In this document: in pieces, positions 42,958 through 56,783 of the stretch | Layout of the letters: each line of letters opens with the position of its first letter | Position numbering within the stretch: the first letter of the stretch is position 1 | DNA from: Eledone cirrhosa | Taxonomy: Eukaryota | NCBI GenBank assembly: GCA_964016885.1 | Contig: CAXHJY010001123.1 | Span: 23,580-87,579 of the forward strand | DNA: 64,000 nucleotides | Direction of reading: 5' to 3' | The notes under the pieces: generated by a model | What the model was told of the DNA's origin: nothing | Database searches by the model: none | The model's input: the letters and a program-made list of their open reading frames with translations, nothing else | Translations under genes and position numbers: made by a program

Positions 42958-43621
42958 ATATGAGAGACGTAAAATAAGAAAATTATAAAATTAACTTACT
43001 TACTAAAAAATCACTTCCAACTAATTAGTTTCTGGAATGGAGTAAATATATTTTCCGAAGAAACATATGGAAAATCATTCTGTCATCAGGAAAGTATTTT
43101 TCCGCATAGGTCTCCAGGCATAGCGAGGACACTGGAAATTTATTAAAAAAAATAATTCAGTGGAATGGAAATAGCAAAGCGTGGATTGGATTCCAAGCCA
43201 TTGAGAAAATCACTGCCTCTTCGTCTGTGGCAAATTCAAAAAGAATCAATCACGTGACATCGAGGTCAATCAGTGGAAAGCGAGTGGTTATTAAGACAGC
43301 GGCCAGCTTACTACCATAGTAGCAGTCATGGCCAAATATTGCTCGACAAATGAATTGGAGATAATTATAAGGAATTTATATCTAGTAACATTTATATACA
43401 CACAGATGCATATCAATGCTAGCAAATATATAGGTTTTGTCTTATTAATAATGTGGTTCAATGCATGGGGTTGCAGAACAATAATATGAGAGACGTAAAA
43501 TAAGAAAATTATAAAATTAACTTACTTACTAAAAAATCACTTCCAACTAATTAGTTTCTGGAATGGAGTAAATATATTTTCCGAAGAAACATATAGAAAA
43601 TCATTCCGTCATCAGGAAAGT
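42958..43621 (-). mobile_element. Non-coding pLTR-body-pLTR unit with two tandem HHRs 526 bp apart (retrozyme-like)
   Basis: ~138-bp direct repeats at 42958-43095 and 43484-43621; actttc-CTGATGA-c(g/a)gaatg...cattcca-GAAA-ctaattag-TT-ggaagt. Confidence 0.78.
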
Positions 43622-43869
43622 AAATAGTAAGAGTAAGTCCCGGATTAAAAATAAAAAGGGTCATTCTTTTTTACTTTCTTTCTCGTTCACTGAAGAAATT
43701 GTTATATATATGGTTATATATATATCTGGAGAACAATCGCACCGCCAGATTTTAATGCCCAAAACACACCGTATGCCATGACGGCACCGCTAAGACACAA
43801 TCCAGTGTTTAAGCCCTATGTATGGACAGATACAAGACTATGGTCTTTGAAATAAAACGGCGACAACCT

Positions 43870-44225
43870 AGGTCGCTTGGTTACGTACACAGAATGGACA
43901 GAGACAGGATGAATATATTACAGTGACTTTGACATTATTTGGCAAGCGAAAGACTGGGTGGTCAAAACATCCATTCTGGTATAGAGCAGGTGAAGTTAAG
44001 ATGTAACAAATGTAGCTTACATCGGTCACGGCACAGTTAAAGAAGTGTCTAAATGGAAGCGTTTGAAATCTGAACCAACGAAATACTGGAAGGTAGTTTT
44101 TGGTGCTCTGGGTGTCATAAGAAAGTGGATACAAAATTGAATTTCAGATATTGGTGTTGAAATCTGTACCGAGGTGCTGCAAAAGTCTGCACTCCTGAGA
44201 ACAGCCTAATTTTGAGAAGAGTGTT
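43870..44225 (+). pseudogene. Degenerate R4/Dong-like non-LTR C-terminal remnant
   Basis: VVFGALGVIRK...EVLQKSALLRTA..RRV resembles RLE-type element C-termini. Confidence 0.45.
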
Positions 44226-44332
44226 ACAAATGTAGTGGTTGAGAAGAAACTGTAGGACGCTTGGTCATTTGTCATGACCTGCTTTTGCAGACAAACTTTG
44301 ACGACCAAAAATTTGTCTAAATATGAAAAAAT

Positions 44333-44470
44333 AATTGTTCTATTTTTGGCACAAGGCCAGCAATTATCCCAGTGCATTACTGGTGCTTTATTTTATCGAC
44401 CCTGTAAGGATGAAAGGCAAAGTTACGACAGCGGGATTTGGAATCAGACTGTAAAGAGACGCATGGCGAT
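44333..44470 (-). mobile_element. SINE fragment
   Basis: Tail and core of the main SINE family. Confidence 0.75.
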
Positions 44471-44829
44471 TTGTAAATGGTAATAGTTTTTTTCATTCTC
44501 TACAAGGGTTCGCCAAAGGAACATTTTAAAGACGGCATATCATGGTACAAAACGATACAAAGTGGATTTTGGCGTCCAAAAATGTAAACAACAACACCAA
44601 AACACAAAGTTAAAACAAGGAAAGTTCCTCGATAGATTGAACCATCTTGATCACTAGCACAATCACTCCGACTCAGTTGTCCTCTTCCCATCTATAAGCA
44701 AATGCTCAGCGCAGGCCATCTACAGGCATGTGTTCAGATCAGGTCATCTATAGGCATATGCTGAGAGCAGGCCCGTTCCTTCGTACCATTCAACCAACTG
44801 GCTGGAATACAGCAGTTGTGACTCCACCT

Positions 44830-45195
44830 TGATTTTCCTCCTTACGGGGTCGATAAAACAAAGTACCAATCACGCGCCGGGGTCGATTTAATCGACTTTC
44901 CCCTCCCCCCAAATTTCTGACCGTGTGCCTATATAAAAAAACCATTATTTTCAGCCGCGGCAAGGGCGGTGGATTGGCAGTATCGGTAGAAGGTCGGACG
45001 CCATGCTTTGCAACAGAGAGTTACGGCCCTTTATGATCTGAGTTCAAATCCCGCCGAGGTCAACTTCGCATTTCATTCCTACGGGGTCGATAAAATAAAG
45101 TACCGATCACGCACAGGGGTCGATTTAATCGAATTTCCCCTCCCCCAAATGGCTGGCCTTGTGCCTATATAAGGAACCATTATTTTCAGCCGCGT
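44830..45195 (+). mobile_element. Partial SINE followed by a full SINE
   Basis: Head at ~44965; accattattttcagccgcg repeated on both sides of the second copy. Confidence 0.85.
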
Positions 45196-45554
45196 CCACC
45201 ACGCAACCTCTTTCGCCATGGCCACAATAATATATAGTATTGTGTCTGTTCATTTGTAGTTTACTGTTTAAAGATGCGGACACACGCAGACAGACAACAT
45301 ACGGTTCTATATTTAGATAAAATAGATGGTGTAAAGAGTGTGGTTGGACACTGTTTATTTCCGTTAAAACAACAAAGTGCTTAATATGTACTCGCTGAGA
45401 GTTTTGTAGATTTGTAAACTGATTTCGTATACATAAACATACAGACAAACAGGCAGACACGCATACACACACACATACATAAATATATATATATACATAT
45501 CCTCAAAAACATATGCATATATACATACGCACAAACAAGCAAATATACACACAC

Positions 45555-45585
<31 letters not shown>

Positions 45586-45597
45586 CATATATACACG

Positions 45598-45632
<35 letters not shown>

Positions 45633-46241
45633 GTGTGTGTGTGTGTAATCACATATTCAGCACATATTCAAGCACAGATATGAATACATAGATACACACA
45701 TACATACATACATACATATATACAGACGTAGATACATGCACACATACGAGCATACATGCTGACACACACATACACGCACATATACATGCATACATAGACA
45801 CATAAATATACGCGCTTGTACATACACACAAACGTATATACGAGATAGACAATGTAGCTTCTGTAGTGTTCAAATTAACAAATGTGCATTGAATGTTGAT
45901 TTGTTTGAGCAAGATGTTGCAAGGTAAGTACGTTTAAACACGTAACTGTTTTCTATGTACTAAGGTTCCGGTTTTTCCGTTATATTTGTCCACTACTGGC
46001 TGTCGTCTGCTTAATTGGAAATACTCGCATTGAGTGACGTGTAGCGCCAATCTAAATACTGTCGCTACATCTCTCTTCCCCCGCCCTCTCTCTTTATATA
46101 TATATATATATATATATAATATGATACTCAACGAATTATGTAATCTTACTTCAGTGTAGATTGTCTCTAGTTCTAAGTTTTGATATGTCTTAGTGCACAC
46201 TTATGTGTGCATTAATGTATTCCAATCACTTTCTTATAATG

Positions 46242-46304
<63 letters not shown>

Positions 46305-46658
46305 TAAGAAAGTGATTGAACTACATTAATGCACACATAATGCAAACAATTCGTTTTGATCAACATATGAACTTCTGACTTTATCACATAGCATGTATTC
46401 ATTTTCTACTAGAATTTTAAAGGGTCCATCGAGCTGTCGATTATAGAGTCGGGTAAGATCGATACAGATCGAAGCTTGAGCTGATCAATGGTGAAACACG
46501 CGTCACCTACCAATAAATGTAATGAAGGAGTAACCAATCGTCCTTGTTATCATTTCAATATAATACACTCTGTATAGCTCTACACCTCAACACAGAAGTG
46601 AACCTAAACACCGAGTGCAGTAACTCCAAGTGAACCTGCAGTAACTCCAAGTTACACT

Positions 46659-46720
<62 letters not shown>

Positions 46721-46847
46721 GCAAAAGTTCTATTTAAAGTTGTTGGGATACAACAAGTAAATATTTTTATAACTGATATAAAGCACTCGACAAGTTTTTG
46801 GAGTAGATATACGATATTAATAAATGGAAACTATATTTATAAAATCA

Positions 46848-48744
46848 AACTACTTAAGATGTATTAAGGATAATATTGAAAACCTGGAGAAAACAGAGAA
46901 AATTTTAGTGAAGTCGGACAAAACTAATAACCTTTATGGAGTACAAAAGGACATGTATAACGACCTTATATTGAAAGAACTAAGGAAAAAGTACAAGATA
47001 GCAAGTAAGGACGAACTTGAAAAACTGAATACAGATGCATCTTGTATAATGCATGAATTAGACATTGAGAATAAAACACAACCCTTCATGCCTAGGAAAC
47101 CCAAGATTAATATGAAGGATCACAAAAGAAACTTTGAAAATGATTTACCAGTCAGATTAATTGCACCATCCAAATCTGACCTGGGAAAACTTAGCAAAAA
47201 TATTCTAGACAGGGTAATACAACAAATTATAAACTTACCTAATTTATCTTACTTAAAATTATGGATATTGCTAATCTACTGAATTACGCATTTAAACATA
47301 CTGACCTAACTAGCAATGAAATGCACATTATATTATCGGCAAGGGAAACATTGATAGAATTTAATAACCAACTCTGGACTAGGGCAGATAGAAATAATCA
47401 TTTCGACATAACTATGGGATCTTCAGACTCAGCTCAGGTAACGGACCTTGTGGGCCTATTTATAATTAATTCGCTACATAGAAAAATACCAGGTCTAACC
47501 GGAGGATTATATCGTGATGACATGCTTTTACTTATAGAAAATAATAGCTGTGAACTAAATAGAAAAAGAAAACAAATTATACAATTTTTTAATTACCTTA
47601 ATCTAAAAATAGAAATAGAGAATAACCATAGAATACTCTTTTACCTGTTTCAGCCATCCGGCTGAGGCCATGCTGGGGCACCGCCCTTGGAATAGTCAAT
47701 TTTCTTGATGTAACACTAAATCTCAACACATGTCTTCACTACCCATTTCACAAACTAAATGAGAACTTGAATTATGTCAACTTTAACTCTAATCACCCCA
47801 GATCTGTTAAAAATACTATAGTGAACTCTGTTCAAGAACGAATTTCAAGAATTTCATCTAATAACAATATATTTGATGAAAAAGCGCAGTATTACAACGA
47901 TGCGTTAGGTAGAGCTGGATATAGAAATAAAATTAAATACATCGATAATAATAATAATAAGCAAACTAACCAAAATAATAACAATTTCAATTACGGTAAC
48001 AACTTTAACAACTATAATAGAAAACATTACAATAATTCCAAAAGCCGAAAAAGAAATAGAACTAGAAATATATTATGGTTTGCTCCCCCTTTCTCACTAA
48101 ATATTAAAATCCCTATTGCTAAACTATTCTTTAAAGCTCTTGACACACGCTTCCCTAGAACACATAAATATTACTCAATTTTTAATAGACACACTATAAA
48201 ATTAACTTACTCGTCCACCAAAAATTTAGCACAAAATATTAATAGAATTAATAATAGGAATTTAAAACCTAACCAAAATACCAATAATAACCCAAACAAT
48301 ATTCAATTAAATAACTGTAACTGTAGAAATAAATCTAACTGTCCGTTAAATAACAATTGCTTAGCTAAAAATGTAGTGTACAATTGTAATGTTAAAACTA
48401 ATTTAAATTCATTTAACTATGTTGGTTCCACCTCTACATAATTTAAATTTCGCTTCAATAATCATAAGAATTCTTTCACAGATCCAAACAAAAAATCTTC
48501 AACTTCGCTATCTAGCCTACTATGGGACCTAAAACGAGATAATATTAAATATTCGATGAATTGGAATATTATTTCATAAGCTACTCCTTTTAATTCCTCT
48601 TCAGAGAATTGTGATCTTTGTATTGAAGAAATATTCTTTATATTAAAGTCCAAACATTCCCTTAATCTAAGGAACAATTTATTCATTTGCTGCAGACATA
48701 GATTGAACTCAACGTTTAAATATAAATATAAATTTAAAATGTAG
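46848..48744 (+). pseudogene. PLE-C RT + GIY-YIG pseudogene
   Basis: Collinear with the PLE-D protein; split into ORFs 46824, 47261 and 47767 plus a downstream remnant. Confidence 0.88.
47635..47689 (-). mobile_element. Short SINE 3' fragment inserted in the PLE-C ORF (similar piece at ~24400)
   Basis: ctcttttacctgtttcagccatccggctgaggccatgctgg; TSD gaata; removal restores NHRIVNFLDV. Confidence 0.75.
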
Positions 48745-50516
48745 TATAAATAATTAAGTAATTTTAGTTAATATATGGAACCTGTCGATAAATCATTAGA
48801 TTCCTTCACCTTTTTCTTTTTAAACTTTCTTCCTAAATATAAACAAGGATATAATAAACTACTCTAAAATGTATATACTTCCAATGTATTAAATAAAATA
48901 TACGTAAGGTAAATTTCTATACTAAATATAAGGTTATCTGTAGAATCATTGGGTTTTTTAAAATCTTTTAAATTATTTTTATTTATTTGTTTTGATTATG
49001 ATAGCTTCTCATAACTTTCATATGTCTACCCTTTCAATATCTTGATTGAGATATACGTAGGATAAATTTCTATACTAAATATATAAAACATATTATTTTA
49101 ACTTAAGATACTCTATAGTGTTTTAAAGATATTTAATGCTTTGATATTTCTAGATTTCTTTTGTCTATACTGATATAGCTGCATTTCCAAAATATACTTC
49201 TTTGGTATTTTAAATTTATTTTGTTATGGTTATGTTTATAATCCTTTAGTGAAATATTGATATTTGATTATCTCTATGCAAATGCATATGTGTATATTAA
49301 CATGCATAAAAAGTGTTATAGATTTTTTTTTGTGTCTATATATGTCTGTATATATACATGAGTGATGCGTGACGACGCACGCAAATATTTATTTATACAT
49401 ATGTATGTGTATATATGTATGTGTATATATCTATGTGGTTGGGAGGTATGTTGCAGATATGCATAATATTAGACACATGAATGGTAATCGTATATATGAG
49501 GACATGAATGTTAATCGTATATATTTGTATATATATACTGTGAAATTTTTATAACACAAAGAATGTATAGCAGTGATTAGGAGAAATCATTTACGTTTTG
49601 TATGGCTATATTGTTGGCTTGAGTAAACATAATTTCTATTTTCAGGACGTGCGTATCTATATGTATATATATATACATATATATTTGTATGTCTTTGCAT
49701 AAAATACTGATCTCTATAGCAAGGGTACATTTTGAACTCTGATTTTGATATATTGATCTCAAGTTTCTAAACTAAACATATAGTCATTATTGATCAATGT
49801 TTAATTTCTCATATTATATATCTATGTCCCATTCATGAATATTGATACTTATATTTTTATTATTCATTTCATATAAATTGTTAACTCAACTTAATATGAC
49901 ATGACGTAAAGTTTTCATTGTCCCCCCTCTCTCTATATAGTATTTCTCTCTCTTGAGTTTTTTCTCTCTGTATGATGACTTGATATCTCTCTGTTGCTTT
50001 CCTTTGTTTTTGTTATTTCTTCCTTTTCTTTCTTTTTTCTTTTTTCTTTTTTCTTTTTTCTTTTTTCTTTTTTCTTTTTTCTTTTTTCTTTTTTATTTCC
50101 TCCTATCTTTATTTATCTCTTTCTTTTCTCCATACATTTCTCTCTCTCTCCGATATTTCTCCAGGTTTTCTTTCTTTCTTTCTCTCTCTCCGTCTTTGTT
50201 CTTTTCTCTCTCTCCGTCTTTTTTCTTTTTCTTTATCTCCGTCTTTTTCTAATTGTGCTTAACACTATGACTTATTAAAACATTATAAACAATTCACTAT
50301 CCAGACAGCCTCCGAAAGTAATGGTTGTATTCTAAAAGGGTACGTCAAAGCTATTTCTAAAACTGTTATATATTGTCTTTTGTCTGATGAAGGCATACCA
50401 TAATTTAATATGGTATCCCTGAAATATGTATAATGAAATAAATATGGTTTTATAAATATAGTTTCCATTTATTAATATCATATATATATATATATAATAT
50501 ATATATATACATATAT

Positions 50517-50591
<75 letters not shown>

Positions 50592-50641
50592 TATATTATA
50601 TATATATATATAATATATATATATATAATATATATAATATA

Positions 50642-50760
<119 letters not shown>

Positions 50761-51248
50761 TATATATATATAATAGTAATAATAATAAAATTGAAGACTA
50801 AATCCAAAGAGGGCTCGATAAGGAAAATAATATATATCAAATATATAAGAACCGTAGAGCAAATATTTATTAAAATAACAGATTAAAGTTTAAGCAAAGA
50901 ATCGCTGCTTTCACCCTTAACGGGATCTTCTGAAACTAACAAAGTCAATCTGTAAACGCAGAACTGGATATTTCAAAAAACGTTGCAACCGGAGGAAGAC
51001 AGGAAGACGATACTTTGGTTCGTGGTAACGTTCGCTGGCAAAGAACGGGAAAAAACGAATAATACGTCATTAATAGGAGCGATGAAAAACAATTACGCGC
51101 AAAGACAAAACCACGTTTATGGTATAAAAGAGGTCGTAGACTAATGTTCTCTTAGGTGGTGCATAGAGACGTTCTCTGGCAGTCTTCAATTTTATTATTA
51201 TTACTATTTGGCTCCTTCGGTTGAGCACTCTACTGACTTATATTCATC

Positions 51249-53377
51249 ATGCAGAAACAACATCTGAATATTTCTACAAAGAACATACCCGTACCAAGCA
51301 GGAAAACATACCTAAAACTCCTGATACAGAAAACAGACGCGTTCATTAAAAGGTTGCGTTGGCGTGCCTTTTATTCCGATAATCCGCGAAAAGCAGACAA
51401 CAAACAGGATAAATTTGGATTTAAAACTTATAATAATCTTCCGTGGAACCCAGCATTGCTACCCTTCGAAAATGATGTCTTGGAACTCATTCGGAATATC
51501 AAATTTCGGAATAGGAGCAATTCCTTCCAGCAAGAGCTGAAGAATAGAATTCGTTCTATTAAGGATTCTAACGCCGTGCACGTTCATTCCGACAAAACTG
51601 GCAACCTATATCAAGTGGAGAGCAATACTTACCATCAACTACTACATAATGCTGTAACTAAGGATTACCGTAAAACTAATCGGTGCGTCATCAATGAAAT
51701 CAACGATGCTGGGTTTAAAATCACATCTGATCTCAACATCCTGGACCGGACCGAACCTCTAGACCCTATCTCTCCCCACTTTAGCCTGAAGGATCACAAA
51801 TCCAATTTTCCGAACAACCCCTCTATTCGGCTTATTAACCCTACGAAGTCCGATTTAGGTAGACTTAGTAAAACGATTCTTGATAGAATTATACCTGAAA
51901 TTAGAAGTTTGGCCCCTCTCGCACTGTGGAACAATTCTTTCGCGGTGATTGATTGGTTCAACGGCATATGTAACAAGGAACATTGCCGTTTTATCCAATT
52001 CGACACCAACAATTACTACTCCTCCATCACTTTACCACTTCTCCTTAGAGCTATCAATTTCGCTAAAACACTCACAGTGGTTAAGGATTTTGAAGTTGAT
52101 GTCATCCTTAATGCCCGAAAGTCGGTGATTAATTTCGACGACTCTATTTGGATTAAAAAATCCAATAGTACCCCATTCGACGTGAGTATGGGCACCAGTG
52201 ACTCTGCGGAGGTTACTGATCTTATTGGCCTTTTCCTTCTTTTCTCTATCAAGGACGAATTCCCCAACGCGGGCGGCGGTTTGTACCGTGACGATGGTCT
52301 TTTGACCATGACTAAGTGCGGACCTCGTGCTTGCGACAGGTTCAGAAAAGAACTCACAGCCTTCTTTAAAGGCTTCAACCTCTCTATACAGGTTGAGGCC
52401 AATCTCTCGGTCGTTAATTACCTCGACGTTACCCTCAATTTATTGAATGGGTTGTATTACCCGTATAGAAAGCCGAATGATACGCTTAATTACATAAGTA
52501 AGCATTCCAACCATCCTACCAGCATAACCAAGAACCTGGTAAGAAACGTTTCGTTGAGGCTTTCCCGTCTTTCCACCAACGAGCGCATTTTCAACGACCA
52601 TTCCCCTTATTATAATGAAGCTCTTGCTCGAAGTGGATTTGTCGATAAGGTAGCATATACAGAGTACGAATATAGACCTAGAAGTAATAGATCCCGTCGC
52701 ATTTGTTGGTTTAACCCACCATATAATATGGAGGTGGCCACACCATTAGCTAAGATCTTTCTTTCCCTTATTACGAAGCATTTCCCCCTACACATAAATA
52801 TAGTAAAATTTTTAATAGAAATACTATTAAAATTTCTTACTCTACGACTCCTAACCTTGCACATAACATCACAGCTTCAAATTTAGCTAAACTACCTAGC
52901 CGTAGGAACAGGTGCAACCCTGTAGTTAGTACTAACTGTAATTGCAGGAATCGGGCTGATTGCCCCCTATCCGGGAAATGCCTCTCTAGTAACATTGTCT
53001 ACAAATGTAAGGTTGTAACACCCACGTCCCGTAGGGCCTACATAGGGTTAACCGCCAATAGTTTCAAGCAGCGTCTTTACATGCATACCCATTCTTTTCG
53101 TTACCCTCTAAGAAGGAATATGACGTCACTTTCAGCTTATATCTGGAGTCTAAAAGACAACAACACCCAATATAAGTTACACTGGGAGATCCTAGCTAGG
53201 GCTAGATCGTATAACGGAAATAAAAGACCATGTGACCTCTGCGCCGCTGAGGCCCTGGAAATACTCTACGCTACAGACCACATCTTAAACAAAAAATCTG
53301 AGGCCATTTCGGCTTGTAAACATAAATTGCACAAAACTTTCCTGTATTACAGCACCACGTTATACCCTAACGGATAG
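51249..53377 (+). CDS. PLE-D RT + GIY-YIG with one frameshift at ~52788 (C5 run)
   Basis: NIPVP, RLRW, SDKT, QFD...YYSSI, MG, LYRDDG, YLDV, WFNPPY. Adding one C continues as HKYSKIFNR..CNCRNRADCPLSGKCL..IVYKC..YIGLT..FKQR..H..CDLC..E..CKH. Confidence 0.88.
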
Positions 53378-54305
53378 CACGATCTATACGTGGATATTTT
53401 ACGTCTTGATGTGGGAGCTAAGTATATGTTTTGTTTATTTCTTTACTTATTTGCATAGGTAAGTATATATTACCCGTATGTTTTGTGAAGGCATGTATAC
53501 CTTCTCGTACGTATATTTGACTGTTATAGCGTATAATCTTTACATATTCTGGTATTTAGGGTTTGGCTATGTGTATACCTGAGTTTTGCGTCCGCGTGAG
53601 TGTGCAGGTTCGTACGTATGGTGGGTGTGTGTATATGTGTACTTCTTGTTTTAGTTGACTTACGTCTCCGAACATTCGTGTATTTATATGTAGGTATGCG
53701 TGTGCGCTTGTTATATACGTATTTATTTACTTATATACGTTTATATAATTATTTATTTATTTGTACACAAGCATACACACACACACATATTTATATGTGC
53801 GTGGTTTTGTATACCCATGGTAAGGTTTTGCGTATGCTTGTGTATGTACGTATCTGTTTGCGTGTATGTATTTATTTGTTTCTATTACTTCTGTATTGTA
53901 TTTATTTACTTTGTTCTTAACTCTGTAGCGGAGATTCATTTGGTCTCCTAGTTAGAATTTTAGTCTACGATTTCTGCTATACCAGCTACGTGGTTTTGTC
54001 TTTGCGTGCTATTATTCTCCACGCTCCACATATGACTTATTATCTTCGTTTTTTCGTTCATTGCCAGAGAACGTCTCTATGCACCACCTAAGAGAACATT
54101 AGTCTACGACCTCTTTTATACCATAAACGTGGTTTTGTCTTTGCGCGTAATTGTTTTTCATCGCTCCTATTAATGACGTATTATTCGTTTTTTCCCGTTC
54201 TTTGCCAGCGAACGTTACCACGAACCAAAGTATCGTCTTCCTGTCTTCCTCCGGTTGCAACGTTTTTTGAAATATCCAGTTCTGCGTTTACAGATTGACT
54301 TTGTT

Positions 54306-54356
54306 AGTTTCAGAAGATCCCGTTAAGGGTGAAAGCAGCGATTCTTTGCTTAAACT
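54306..54356 (+). ncRNA. HHR motif, U4A variant (PLE-D pLTR; mirror copy 50887-50937 -)
   Basis: agttt-CAGAAGA-t-ccc-gttaa-ggg-t-GAAA-gca-gcgattctt-tgc-TT-aaact. Confidence 0.7.
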
Positions 54357-54374
54357 TTAATCTGTTATTTTAAT

Positions 54375-54427
<53 letters not shown>

Positions 54428-54449
54428 CATATATATATATAATATATAT

Positions 54450-54542
<93 letters not shown>

Positions 54543-54614
54543 ATACTTTGGGAGGGTCATGTTGCCAATAAGAAACACACGCACCAGTAGCTTTCACTTC
54601 AATTTATTATTATT

Positions 54615-55028
54615 AGCAAGACATACCCTTTTCAAAGACCCTCATGTATAGATAAGAAATGTATAACCTGTAAAATAAGCCCCCATATTAACTGTAAAAC
54701 TAGAAATGTAGTGTATAGCATAAGATGTACTGAAGGACAATGTAGAGACAAAAATATAGTGTACATAGGTGAGACAGCTCGTAGTGTAGGGGAACGGATA
54801 AATGAACACTGACGAGACCTTCAAGATAGTAAAGAATCATCTGTACTCTACCAACATGCTAAAATAGAACACAAGGGTAAATTAGAGAACATAGAAATAA
54901 AAATAAAATCTACACACAGAAAAGACGCAATGTTTAGACAAATTACAGAGGCAATAAACATAAAAGAATTACAACCAAAATTAGATAGAAAATATGAGTG
55001 GAACAGCAACATCATAACTTACAATTAA
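54615..55028 (+). pseudogene. GIY-YIG endonuclease C-terminal fragment (not in the ORF track)
   Basis: C....C..C...NCKTRNVVYSIRC....C......YIGETARSVGERINEH*...RQITEAINI...LDRKYEW. Confidence 0.88.
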
Positions 55029-55228
55029 GGACAAAATGAAAACACACACACACATAGAACAAACAACCAACCAGTAACATGTAAATAAACAAATAAATAA
55101 ATGAACATAAACACACACAGACAACCGGATGTGGCGCATGCGCAGACTGAGCACACAACACACACACAGAAACAAAATGGCGTAGGACAGAACAAAGGAG
55201 AGGCACAGAAACAAAGAAAGGAATCCCC

Positions 55229-55273
55229 AGTCACTGAAGAGGTCACAGAGTGTGTGACGAAAGAACTATGACT
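55229..55273 (+). ncRNA. Minimal type I HHR (PLE-E)
   Basis: agtca-CTGAAGA-g-gtcaca-gagtg-tgtgac-GAAA-gaac-TA-tgact. Confidence 0.78.
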
Positions 55274-55482
55274 ATATATAAACAACTATCTGGTTGTGGA
55301 ACCAACCAACCAACCAGAAATTTATAAATTTATAAATTTATTATAAATTTATTATAATAAATTGAAGTGAAAGCAACTGGTGCGTGTGTTTCTTATTGGC
55401 AAATGACCCTCCCAAAGTATAACAATATCGGCTTCAACACACGATTTCAGATAAAGAATCTTGCTAAACAAATTCAGAAACG

Positions 55483-55520
<38 letters not shown>

Positions 55521-55769
55521 ATGGATAGATGTCTAGGTATATGTATATATAAAAAAAGCATCTGACTTAAGAAGCATTGGTAACATTTGATATTTGAAAA
55601 TATAGGTGTGTCAACGTAAATGACAATAATAGTATTCAGGCATTAAAAATGATCGTTGAAAGAATTGATTAAAGTATCCCTGGAGACAGAAAAATGTCCT
55701 TTGTCCGTCTCTAATGGTATTTTATCCGATTTTCCCAACTACTTATAGTTGTTGACCATTATTATGGAT

Positions 55770-55915
55770 CCCAGCATAGTTACGTCACTTTACGGTCTGA
55801 GTTCAAATCCCCCCAAGGTTAACTTTGCCTTTCATCCTTACGGGGTCGATAAAATAAAGTACCAGTAACACACTGGGTAATTGCTGGCCTTGTGCCTAAA
55901 GTAGAAACAATTATT
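55770..55915 (+). mobile_element. 5'-truncated SINE
   Basis: B box, core and tail. Confidence 0.85.
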
Positions 55916-55945
55916 ATGGATGTTTGTGTTAGAAGACACTCATTT

Positions 55946-55947
<2 letters not shown>

Positions 55948-55991
<44 letters not shown>

Positions 55992-56053
55992 TACATATAT
56001 ACATATATATATATATACATATATATATATACATATATATATATACATATATA

Positions 56054-56129
<76 letters not shown>

Positions 56130-56325
56130 CATATATATATACATATATATGCATATATATATATATATACATACATATATATATATACATATATATGCAT
56201 ATATATATATATATACATACATATATATATATACATATATATGCATATATATATATATATACATACATATATATATATACATATATATGCATATATATAT
56301 ATATGTATATATATATACATATATA

Positions 56326-56367
<42 letters not shown>

Positions 56368-56369
56368 TA

Positions 56370-56429
<60 letters not shown>

Positions 56430-56463
56430 TATGCAAATATATATATATATATATACATATATA

Positions 56464-56505
<42 letters not shown>

Positions 56506-56542
56506 TATGCAAATATATATATATATATATACATATATATGC

Positions 56543-56575
<33 letters not shown>

Positions 56576-56609
56576 TATGCAAATATATATATATATGTAT
56601 ACATATATA

Positions 56610-56647
<38 letters not shown>

Positions 56648-56649
56648 TA

Positions 56650-56727
<78 letters not shown>

Positions 56728-56783
56728 TATATGTATATATATATAATATATGTATATATACATATATATATATATGTATATAT
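55948..56783. repeat. Long interrupted (TA)n satellite
   Basis: Direct reading. Confidence 0.97.

Larger units (their letters stand above)
46718..50480 (+). mobile_element. PLE-C: decayed, 5'-truncated Naiad-like element with inverted pLTR tip (46718-46847)
   Basis: SDKTNNLY, KDHK, RLI.P.KSDLG, MGSSDSA, LYRDD, NFLDV, WFAPPF, CNCR....CPL...CL, YVGST; ~45-codon deletion, TAA stops; coding ends at 48744; pLTR HHR at 50380-50433. Confidence 0.88.
50771..54378 (+). mobile_element. PLE-D: near-intact Naiad-like element with inverted 5' pLTR, between (TA)n tracts
   Basis: 50864-51181 is the reverse complement of 54062-54378; pLTR tip repeated at 51181-51207 before the ATG. Confidence 0.92.
54537..55485 (+). 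mobile_element. PLE-E: 5'-truncated element (Nematis-like EN) with inverted pLTR tip
   Basis: 54537-54612 is the reverse complement of ~55352-55427; GIY-YIG remnant; HHR; flanked by (TA)n. Confidence 0.85.

Noticed and set aside
46824-46847. ATG start METIFIK of ORF 46824
   Set aside because: It comes from the inverted pLTR tip (same peptide in ORF 50283-50468), not from the element's true start.
52780-52790. PLE-D frameshift as a programmed event
   Set aside because: T TTC CCC is not a canonical slip site and the homologous PLE-C region is in frame; a homopolymer indel is simpler.
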